Translations under genes and position numbers: made by a program
Notes under the pieces: generated by a model
Databases searched by the model: none
What the model saw: only the letters and a program-made list of their open reading frames with translations
What the model was told of the DNA's origin: nothing
From: Candidatus Poseidoniaceae archaeon
GTDB lineage: Archaea > Thermoplasmatota > Poseidoniia > Poseidoniales > Poseidoniaceae
Direction of reading: 5' to 3'
Assembly: GCA_029250305.1 (NCBI GenBank)
Contig: JAQXFM010000293.1
Span: forward strand, 1 to 42,101
DNA: 42,101 nt
Shown here: positions 23,859 through 37,200 of the stretch, piece by piece
Numbering within the stretch: position 1 is the stretch's first letter
How the letters are laid out: every line of letters begins with the position of its first letter

Positions 23859-24316
23859 CGATGGTACGCAGGATGCCCTTCTTTGACGGCGACAAACAGG
23901 CCTTTTCCAGTGGCGCAAACTTTGCCGTTTGCTTCGAGAAGCAGTTCGATGTTGACTTTGTTTCCTTCGATTGAAGTCACTTGGCTTGTGATGTGGAGTG
24001 GGGTGTTTTGAGGCGTTGGCCTTCGGAGTTGTATCGAATAAGAAGCCGTGACTGTGCAGGGTGGTTCACTGGCAGCATCGCGGTCCATCAAGGCCACTGC
24101 AGCCGTCCAGTTCCCATGACAGTCAAGCAATGTTCCAATAATGCCACCGTTGATCATGCCAGGGAAAGCTTGGTGGTGAGGTTCTGGCGTGTACTCCATT
24201 CGTAGTCCATTTTCAATTCGATGGCTGTCAATCTGTAACCCTTTTTCATTTGCTGGACCACAACCGAAGCAGATCGACGAAGGGGCGTATTGGCGTTGCA
24301 CTCCGAGTTCGCTCAT
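23849..24316 (-). CDS. PaaI-family hotdog-fold thioesterase
   Basis: Has the N-terminal CFGCGPANEKGL motif, then GMINGGIIGTLLDCHG and a 155-aa hotdog-size protein. Confidence 0.75.
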   Translation of the reverse strand: MSELGVQRQYAPSSICFGCGPANEKGLQIDSHRIENGLRMEYTPEPHHQAFPGMINGGIIGTLLDCHGNWTAAVALMDRDAASEPPCTVTASYSIQLRRPTPQNTPLHITSQVTSIEGNKVNIELLLEANGKVCATGKGLFVAVKEGHPAYHRWS

Positions 24317-24409
24317 ACCCCTGCGGTCAGCAACAAAGCACTTCTTTTCTTTGCTGTTTTGTCCTCAAACAAACGCAGTGTTCATGTGGGGTGCTGCGTT
24401 GAGCATGGC

Positions 24410-25744
24410 ATGGGAGCAAAGAAATCACGTCGCAAGACGAAGGTTCGTGTTGCCCATGAACTTCCAAAGCGAAGACGAATCGCCATTCAAGAAGCGATGA
24501 ACGCCCACAAAATGGAAGATCGACCCGATTGGGATCGCAGTGCAGAATGGGGCAATGTGAAATTCTATAGAAAGACAATCAAACCCGGTACGATGCGAAC
24601 AATTTCGATGCCATTGCTGGAAACCGACCTCGGCGATCCTTGGCCGATACCGGTTACAATTCTTCACGGTGTTCGACCCGGCCCAACAATCACCCTTCTG
24701 GGAGGTGTCCATGGTGACGAACTCACGGGTCCATCGGCGTGCACGCACCTGCTCTCAAATGCCTTCACAGACCTTGGCAAACCGCTCGACCCAGCACAAA
24801 TGGCAGGGACAGTGCGCATTGTTCCGATTATCAACCTCCCTGGCTATCGGTCCAAATCCCGCTATTTCCCGGACGGCCGAGACCTCAACAGGCAATTTCC
24901 AGGGGACTTCAAGGGCTCCACAACCCGAAGGGTTGCGGCTCAGTTGTGGAAGTACCTCTTGGACGATGTTGACGCAATCGTTGACCTACACAGCGCAGGA
25001 AAGGGACGCTCAAACATGCCTCAGGTCAGAGCAGACCTTGCTCACCCGGGGTCAAACATTCTTGCCAAAACCTTTGGAATCGAAATCATTCTTGATTCCA
25101 AGCCACCTTCAGGCTCGTTGAGAAAGGTTGCAGTTTCGAAAGACATTCCTTCCATCACCTACGAAGGAGGTGGCGCGAATTTGCTCGATCACGAATCGGT
25201 CAATGTGGCCATTCAAGGCGTGATCAATGTGCTCAAGTCACTACGAATGATTCCAGGAAACCCAACCCGCCCAAGGTTCCGAATGTTGGCGAGTGGTTCT
25301 CACTGGCTTCGTTCAGGCGAAGGAGGACTGCTCGACATGTTCGTCAGTTCCGGCTCAGTCATGCGAGAGGGGGAGGTCATTGCAACGGTCTCGGACCCAG
25401 CCAACCCTGGTCTAACGGTGGATATCGTCGCCCCTGAAGATGGATTGCTCATTGGCGCTGCAACCAATCCATTCACTGCTGCAGGTATGCCAGTTGGCCA
25501 CTTCCTTCCAATCTCCAAGCACATCAAATTGCTCGAAGACCAAATCGACCAACACGGACGTTTCCTAGTCTGTGGCTCTGAAAATGATGCCGTATGGCGA
25601 GAAGAGACTGAAATCGATGAAGTCGCGCTCGATGGTGAATGGAGCGGAGGTGGCATTGATTCAGAATGGGTCGGGTCAAAGCCAACCCTTCACCAAGCAT
25701 CAGAAGATATCTTTGCAGAGCAAGAAGAAGAGAACGAATCCTGA
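24410..25744 (+). CDS. Succinylglutamate desuccinylase/aspartoacylase family zinc hydrolase (M14-like)
   Basis: LLGGVHGDELTG (H-x-x-E zinc ligands), IVDLHSAG (third ligand) and a C-terminal beta domain GEVIATVSDPANPGLTVDIVAPEDGLLIG. The start is uncertain: ATG 24410 gives a very basic N-terminus, and later ATGs are possible. Confidence 0.75.
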   Translation: MGAKKSRRKTKVRVAHELPKRRRIAIQEAMNAHKMEDRPDWDRSAEWGNVKFYRKTIKPGTMRTISMPLLETDLGDPWPIPVTILHGVRPGPTITLLGGVHGDELTGPSACTHLLSNAFTDLGKPLDPAQMAGTVRIVPIINLPGYRSKSRYFPDGRDLNRQFPGDFKGSTTRRVAAQLWKYLLDDVDAIVDLHSAGKGRSNMPQVRADLAHPGSNILAKTFGIEIILDSKPPSGSLRKVAVSKDIPSITYEGGGANLLDHESVNVAIQGVINVLKSLRMIPGNPTRPRFRMLASGSHWLRSGEGGLLDMFVSSGSVMREGEVIATVSDPANPGLTVDIVAPEDGLLIGAATNPFTAAGMPVGHFLPISKHIKLLEDQIDQHGRFLVCGSENDAVWREETEIDEVALDGEWSGGGIDSEWVGSKPTLHQASEDIFAEQEEENES

Positions 25745-25754
25745 TTAGGATTCG
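25735..25754. terminator. Hairpin whose loop is made of the two abutting stop codons of a convergent gene pair
   Basis: CGAATCC (25735-25741), loop TGATTA (25742-25747), GGATTCG (25748-25754). This is a perfect 7-bp stem. The loop is TGA on the plus strand followed by the complement of TAA on the minus strand. Confidence 0.3.
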
Positions 25755-26998
25755 AAGCCCGCTACTGCGGCATGAACTTCTTCATCCGTCATGTTTCGAC
25801 GTTGACTCTTGGCCACTTCAAACAAGTGCGCCACAAGGTCATCGCTTGCTTCATGACCGTTTTGCTCTAACCACCAAATAATGTTTGAACGACCGGCCAT
25901 GTGCCCGATACGAATCACTTGCTTCAGTCCGAAGTCGCCGGCAGGAACACCCGAATACACACGGTCTGCGAGCCAATCATCGCCCTTGCGCATGGCCTTG
26001 ATGACGGCTGAGGCGTGAACGCCCGTCCCCGTTTCGAACGCATCGACACCAAACACTGGGTAGTTACGAGGGAGTGGAACTTCGATGTACTCGTGTGCCT
26101 TCTTGACATAGGCATCGAGTTTCGTGAGGTCATTATCGATGGCACCCATCAACTTGAGATTGACAAGCGTTTGATCGAGAGGTGCGTTTCCTGCACGCTC
26201 ACCAACGCCCAAAGCTGTGCCGTGAATGACATCGGCACCGGCTTCAACTGCAGCGATGTTGTTAGCAACGCCAAGCCCACGGTCTTGATGACCGTGCCAG
26301 TTCACTTCAATCTCGCTTCGCTTGTATCCACCGTCTTTGATGACTTCTTCATCGATGAAGCTCAACAATTGCTTGACGCCGTTCGGTGTCACATGACCAC
26401 ATGTGTCACAGACGCACAGTCGGCGAGCACCGAGTTCCATCGCTCGAAGGTAAATTTGCTTCACATCTTCTGGCTTTGAACGGGTTGTGTCTTCGGTGAC
26501 AAACATCACCGGGACATCGTTGTCAACAGCGTAAGAGACCGCCTTTTCCATTGTCGTGAGCAGTTTTTCCATGGTCCATCCTTCGGTGTATTGCCTGATT
26601 GGGCTTGTTCCCAAGAAGGCACTTGCTTGAATTGGCACACCGTACTTTTGTTGAAGTTCAACCAACGGTTCAATGTCACTCATCAAGGTGCGAACGGCAG
26701 CACCAGGACGGATTTTGAAATCATGATCGATAATGTGAGCGACCATGGCTTCGATGTGTTCCATGTGGAATGGGCCTGCACCGGGTAGTCCAAGGTCGAC
26801 TTTCTGCATGCCGAGGTCTTCCATGAAGGTCAACAGTTCGATCTTTTGCTCGATGGTCGGGTTCCGAGCGCTCGGGCTCTGGAGACCATCTCGAAGTGTC
26901 TCATCGTCGAACCAAACACCGTGAGGGTGATTTGCAGGGTTTCGAGCAAAATCATACTCAACTGTGTTCCAATCATAAATCAGTGAACGCTCATCCAT
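25745..26998 (-). CDS. DRE-TIM/HMGL-like synthase (2-isopropylmalate / homocitrate / citramalate synthase family), without a LeuA-type regulatory domain
   Basis: Contains DETLRDGLQS, CDTCGHVTP and HGHQDRGLGVANNIAAVEAGADVIHGTALGVGERAGNAPLD. At 417 aa it holds the catalytic barrel plus subdomains only. Confidence 0.75.
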   Translation of the reverse strand: MDERSLIYDWNTVEYDFARNPANHPHGVWFDDETLRDGLQSPSARNPTIEQKIELLTFMEDLGMQKVDLGLPGAGPFHMEHIEAMVAHIIDHDFKIRPGAAVRTLMSDIEPLVELQQKYGVPIQASAFLGTSPIRQYTEGWTMEKLLTTMEKAVSYAVDNDVPVMFVTEDTTRSKPEDVKQIYLRAMELGARRLCVCDTCGHVTPNGVKQLLSFIDEEVIKDGGYKRSEIEVNWHGHQDRGLGVANNIAAVEAGADVIHGTALGVGERAGNAPLDQTLVNLKLMGAIDNDLTKLDAYVKKAHEYIEVPLPRNYPVFGVDAFETGTGVHASAVIKAMRKGDDWLADRVYSGVPAGDFGLKQVIRIGHMAGRSNIIWWLEQNGHEASDDLVAHLFEVAKSQRRNMTDEEVHAAVAGFES

Positions 26999-27082
26999 AG
27001 AAAATCACCACGCTGGCCAAATCAGGGTCGGCGCATTCCGCCACAGACCGGAGTCATGTTTGAAGGCGTCGCTGCGCCATCA

Positions 27083-31820
<4,738 letters not shown>

Positions 31821-31924
31821 TTATTCCTCAAGAAGGGTTGAATGTGTGCGGTTTTCGACCGTGTTTTTGACACCAAAAATAGTGGATTTTTTCACCATAA
31901 TTTGCGCCGCAGTACTCGATTTTC

Positions 31925-31971
31925 TATACCCCTCACTCCCCTACATTTGTACCCTGCGACGAGGGGGTATA
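31925..31971. repeat. Imperfect inverted repeat of a TATA-like motif: TATACCCCTC - 26 nt - GAGGGGGTATA
   Basis: The left arm is at 31925-31934 and the right arm at 31961-31971. The arms pair over TATACCCC/GGGGTATA with one bulged G before the TC/GA pair. Each arm also looks like an outward- or inward-facing TATA box. Confidence 0.5.
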
Positions 31972-32163
31972 AAGATAGTGCATTAATCCCCTCCAGAGGG
32001 ACCTTCTGGACCGCAAAATACCCCCTTCAAAACGACCCCGTTTCACTCCAAAAAAGTGGCGGAAAATGGGCATAAAATCTTCGGAAGAAACCAGTGATAT
32101 CGCCGGCCATTTGTCGAACATCCCATGCGAGAGCGTTAAGAAGCGGGCCTAAGTCGCAAAGCC

Positions 32164-32961
32164 ATGGCTGACCCGTTGGTTTGTGTGTCCCTTGAAGGTA
32201 CGACTGTGAAAGAAATGCTCGATGAAGCAGCTCGCGCTGGCATTGCTGGTGCGGACATGATTGAAGTTCGATTTGATCGATTGTACCTGAGCCGACCTGA
32301 GCCAACCGTCACAGAAAACGAGGAAGGCGAAATCACGAAGACCATGCCACCTGCAAACGAATGGCCCGTTCGTGACTTTACCGACATCGACGTTGGAGCA
32401 TCCATTACCGCACTCAAGGAAGGCATCGCCCTCCCAGTCATCTTCGCTGTTCGACCCGTCCGTGAAGGCGGCCATTTCTCTGGCGACGAAGCCCAACGAC
32501 TCGACGTCCTTCAACAAGGAATCGACTCCGCATCGACATGGATTGACCTCGAAGTCTCCATTGAAGACGACAAGCGAGCAAGTCTCATGAAAGCAGCAAA
32601 GAAAGCATCTTGCAAAATCATTGCATCCATCCACGACACGGACAGCACCCCGAGTGCAGAAGAAATTCAAAACCTCATCACCACAAATGCTGAGATGGGT
32701 GACATTGTCAAGTTCTGCGGAACTGTCAACGATCACCAAGACGCCCTCCAAATCGTCGAAGCAACCCATGCCATGGCCACTGAGAAGGTCGACTTCGCTG
32801 CAATGGCACTGGGCAACGGTGGGGACTGGGCGCGCTTGCACGCACCGGTCTTGAACCAAGCACTTGTCTACGCCACCATGCGAAACGAGTTCCGACTCTC
32901 AGACAAGGGACTTGTGAACGTCCGTGACCTCAAAGAGGCATGGAACCTTCTCGAATACTGA
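32164..32961 (+). CDS. aroD: 3-dehydroquinate dehydratase, type I
   Basis: GADMIEVRFDRL, the His block KIIASIHDTDSTP, the Schiff-base Lys block GDIVKFCG and FAAMALGNGGDWARL. There is an insertion of about 45 aa after the first strand. Confidence 0.8.
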   Translation: MADPLVCVSLEGTTVKEMLDEAARAGIAGADMIEVRFDRLYLSRPEPTVTENEEGEITKTMPPANEWPVRDFTDIDVGASITALKEGIALPVIFAVRPVREGGHFSGDEAQRLDVLQQGIDSASTWIDLEVSIEDDKRASLMKAAKKASCKIIASIHDTDSTPSAEEIQNLITTNAEMGDIVKFCGTVNDHQDALQIVEATHAMATEKVDFAAMALGNGGDWARLHAPVLNQALVYATMRNEFRLSDKGLVNVRDLKEAWNLLEY

Positions 32962-32966
32962 TTCGC

Positions 32967-34226
32967 TCACACTTCAAACGGATCGTCGTATGACTTTTCC
33001 GCAGGCTCAGGCACCGTTACAACTGCTGGCGCTTGGACACTTTGTTCCAAAGGAAGAACTGCAGATGGCAGAACTTGTGCCGGCATTGAGAGTTGTTGCG
33101 GCGGAGGAATTTGCCCCGGCATCGAGAGCTGTTGTGGCGGTGGAAGTGGAGCAAGTGATGAATCAATCGGCATGGGCGGCATTGGCATCTGCCCTCCAAA
33201 TTGAGGGAGATCAGCAGGTCGCTCGAGAGAAGGAACCAATCCCTCAGTAGCGTCTTTTGGAGCAAGCCCAGCCCGCATGTACTTCGCATTTAGAATGAAA
33301 GGAGCAACCAAGCCTGCCAGAATGATCACCATGAACGTGAGGGCGACTGTGAAAGGTGGCAAGATCAGGGAACGCGTGGTTGTAATGATGGTAACATCTG
33401 CAGCAACAGTGACACCAGGTGCATCTGCATCAGCGTCGTGAATGTTATCCCATGCATCAATTACAAGGTAAAAGTCTTGCCAATCTGCCCCACCCCATAG
33501 TGGCGTGTAGACTTCGGCTTTGTCGAGGTTGAGGGCGAAATTAACCGAACTGACTTGCTCATATTCGTGGGCATCACGGTATGACTTCCAACCGAGCGGA
33601 TTCCAACTCCGCCATTCTGGAGGGATGTCACTCAATGATTCTTCCAAATCACCTTCATAGCACCACCATGCCATATCTTGGCCACAATCGTAGGAATCCT
33701 TGTACGACTCGTACTCTGTCGTGGTGAGCAAGTAAACATCTCCTTTGACTGGATTGGAATCTGCATCTTGCAATGTCACACAAATGGTGGTCCGTTGGGT
33801 TGCAGAGAGGTTCAACCGGAGCGCTCCGACGCTGTTATTGCCAATCAGCATCGTTGTATAATGGCTGGTTTCAAGTGGGTCAAGGGTCGGAAGATTCCAT
33901 GAATTTTGCTGATACATCCAAGGTTCTTCAGGAGCCTCAGACGTTGGTTGGATGTCGTTTGGCCGATTGGGCGGTTCTTCATCATCCTCGTAATACTCCT
34001 CGTCGTAATACTCATCCTCATAATAGCCGTAATATGGATCGTAGTTCCTTGACCAATGGGGCACCATGGCCATGCGTTGCATTGTTTGGTTCCATTCGAT
34101 GGCTTGTGTGTCACCCTGGCAAGCATCTGCCGCTTGGGCTGGCGCAACAAGGGGAGAAGAGAATGCCACAGAAAGCAGTGGCATCATCATGATGAAAACC
34201 AAGGAGAAGACAACTGAATTTCGCAT
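32967..34226 (-). CDS. Hypothetical secreted and membrane-anchored protein with a Tyr/acidic low-complexity block and a Pro/Gln-rich repeat tail
   Basis: Signal peptide MRNSVVFSLVFIMMMPLLSVAFSSPLVAPAQA, then YDPYYGYYEDEYYDEEYYEDDEE, a central beta-rich domain, the TM helix FTVALTFMVIILAGLVAPFIL, and a tail carrying 2 x PPPQQLSMP(G/A)Q. ATG 34226 has GGGGG 8 nt upstream. The TTG at 34283 has no usable Shine-Dalgarno spacing. Confidence 0.7.
   Translation of the reverse strand: MRNSVVFSLVFIMMMPLLSVAFSSPLVAPAQAADACQGDTQAIEWNQTMQRMAMVPHWSRNYDPYYGYYEDEYYDEEYYEDDEEPPNRPNDIQPTSEAPEEPWMYQQNSWNLPTLDPLETSHYTTMLIGNNSVGALRLNLSATQRTTICVTLQDADSNPVKGDVYLLTTTEYESYKDSYDCGQDMAWWCYEGDLEESLSDIPPEWRSWNPLGWKSYRDAHEYEQVSSVNFALNLDKAEVYTPLWGGADWQDFYLVIDAWDNIHDADADAPGVTVAADVTIITTTRSLILPPFTVALTFMVIILAGLVAPFILNAKYMRAGLAPKDATEGLVPSLERPADLPQFGGQMPMPPMPIDSSLAPLPPPQQLSMPGQIPPPQQLSMPAQVLPSAVLPLEQSVQAPAVVTVPEPAEKSYDDPFEV
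33079..33143. repeat. Two tandem 36-nt coding repeats
   Basis: GCCGGCATTGAGAGTTGTTGCGGCGGAGG (33079-33107) and CCCGGCATCGAGAGCTGTTGTGGCGGTGG (33115-33143), with a 36-nt period. On the minus strand they encode PPPQQLSMPGQI / PPPQQLSMPAQV. Confidence 0.8.
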
Positions 34227-34279
34227 GCTCGTCGCCCCCTTGATATGACGCTGAGCTTGGAGGTTCAAGGTAGTAGCGG

Positions 34280-37200
34280 TCAACCTCGCCTTCGGAGCGG
34301 TCGAACGTACCCACTGTCGTCACTTCTGCGCTCATCCTTGGACAGAATGCCCGGAGCGGGCGGCGGCGTGTGATGATCCATGCCGAGCAAGCCACCTTGG
34401 CTTTCAACGACTTCAACATCGGCGTAGGATTCTGCTGCTTGCTTCGCTTCATCTTCGAGATCGGATGGCTCGCGCATTACGAGGTAGCCGAGAATAAGGG
34501 CCACACCAATCAGAGCGACGAAGGTTGCAAGGTCAGAACCGGCCTCTGTAAGCCAGCTCTTCCAATCATCAACGCTGAAATCTGACAGTGAAGGTGCAGC
34601 CGTCGGCGGCGTACTGACCTCAATGTCTTGGACCATTTCGGCGCACATGCCCAATCCATCACAGACCTGTAACATGAGGGTGTAAGCACCAGGATTCTCG
34701 TAGGTTGCCGAGACACGAGTTGCAGAACCAGAAAGCGGATCAACCCAATCATCGGCTGGATCTCCATTTCCATTTTCGTCAACTTCGATGTCCAAGTCCC
34801 ATCGGACAACAAGGTCTGGATTCAGTGATTCATCTCGATCGGAAATGGAACCATCGTCAACGTTGGTGTCACGGTACAGTGCAATACCAAGGTCCACCTC
34901 CAAATCGGAAACATTTGCTCCAAAGGCGTTTGAATCGCCGGAGAACAACTCATCAGGAATCAGAAGGTTGTGGATGACTGGTGGATGATCGACAAGAACA
35001 GTGAATGTTTCACGGCTGACATCGCCCGTTCCGAATGCGTCCCGAACGGTGAGCGTCACTGTGTATTCACCGGGGATGGTGTACGCATGCCATGGAGAAG
35101 GGTCGGAGTTGATTGGTGTCCCATCGCCAAAGTCCCATGTATACTGAACCAATCCATTCCACTCAGGCGACGCTGCTTCAAGCGGGATGTATTTTCCTTC
35201 AAACATACGGTCGCCGTCACGGGTGCCATCAGAATCGAAGTAGAGCAGGGTGTGAGGAGCGGCGTATGAGTCGCCCGCTTCGTTGAATGTTCTCGACCAC
35301 ATATCGGGCATTGTGCCCTCTTCGAAGGCCGTTGTGTCTGTCACAAGAGCCCCGTCAATCCAAGCGTCAAGGATACGAACGGAAATGATTGGCAACGGGT
35401 TGGCCATTTCGATGGTCATGATCCGAGGGCTGCTGGCTTCACCTGCTTCATCGAACACGACAAGGGTTGCGCTGTGCATTCCCGGTTCGGTGAAGGTGTG
35501 CGTCACCTGTGGGCGGTCTCCGAACGTACCGTCTGAAAACGACCAGTTGAACGTAAGATCTGATGAGTCACCAATCGTACCATCTGGGTCGAAGGAATCT
35601 CGACCATCAAACGTGTAAGGTGTGTCGACTTGGCCTTCTTCGACTCGGAAATCAACGGTCGAGGAACCTGTTGTTGCAGTCGTCCGAACGATGAAATCAC
35701 TCACTGGCAATTGGTTGTGAACCATGACGCTCAATGTTGTCGAAACTTGACTGCCATCATCGTCAGTCACCAAGAGACCAACAGATTTGAGCCCCGGTGT
35801 GTCCCATGCAGGCATCGGATTGGCGCTGTTCGAGGTGGTTGATGTGAAATCATCCGTTCGGTCACTGATGCCACCCTCGAGATTGACGCCTTCTGGGAAG
35901 GACCACTCGTAAGCAACGATTGTACCATCGTCATCAGCGAAGATGTCTGGCATGACAATCGCCGTGTAGGTGTATGTCGAGAGGTTATCGGAGAAGATTT
36001 GGAAAGGAATTCTGTTGTTGACAGTGACAGTGATTTCTTTGATGCCGGTGTTGATCCCATCCGATACGGTCAACGTGAGGTTGTAACTGACTTGCGTGCC
36101 AGAAATATCGCCCCATTCGTGGGCATATTCGTACGCACCGACACCCGAGTCAACCGTTCCATCGCCCCAATCCCAAGAATAGTCTAATTGAGCAGTTGGC
36201 ACATTGTCAACGGTTCGAGCCGCTGAGAAAAGGATGAGCTGATTGGTAAGAATGTTGATTTCATTCTCAATCACGATGTTGTTGACGGTGATGATTGGCA
36301 ACGGAGGCGTAGAATCGCTTACGTTAATCTGCAACACGGATGTCTCAGACCAGGTGTTTCCTTGGTCCATCACCCGCAGTGTCACATTGTAGAGACCGGT
36401 GTCTTCGTAGGCCCTGAGCGGGGACTTCAGGCCCGAAGTGGTGTTGTCACCAAAATCCCAGGCATAGGCGATTGGAGCATCGAGGTATGGGAGGGAGTTG
36501 TTATCGAGCGATAAGCCCCAAGCATCGAACCCGTCACCTGCGAATTGAACATTCTCCCATGTTTGAGTGGCGTTGGGATCAAGCGTACCATTGGCGGTTG
36601 GTTTCATGTTGTTGAGAACCTGTGGTGCGGTCGTGATGCTGTCAACGGTGGTGCCAATCATGTCAACCATTTGCATCTTGAATGTGTATTGTCCGTTCAG
36701 TGGAGCGGTGAACCAAAAGGATTCGTTTGTAGCAACACCGCCGCCAGCAGCCACACGCTTTGTGAGGCGATCGACTTCGACACCTGAGGCATCAAGCACC
36801 TGCATGGTCACATCAAGATCTTCAAAGAAAGCATTTGAGAAGACTTCGTAATCGATTCGGGCGGTGTCCGGGGAACCATCGCCATCACGGTCGATTTGTG
36901 CATCGGTTGCGGTGAGGGTCAGGCTTGCCGGCGAAGTGATTCGTGCCGCTTCGATGTCCACGGTGCCTTGTGGGTAGGATGAACCACACGATGTGTAATC
37001 ACAATCCGCAACGGTGCTTGCGTACCAGGTGATGGCCCAAACTTCGTTTGTGAGGTTACCAAAACCAGGAACGAGGGCTGTTGCTACGTTGTTCTGGAAG
37101 TTCAGGTCGGTCACCGACCAAAGTCCATCAGCTGTCGACTGACTCACGACAACCCCGTCAAATTGACTCACATCAGCGGTCAAGCGCATGGTGAGCGGCG

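Noticed and set aside
32149-32859. 236-aa minus-strand ORF
   Set aside because: It is antisense to aroD, which carries the type I dehydroquinase His and Lys blocks. The shadow ORF is Cys/Phe/Val-rich with no motifs.
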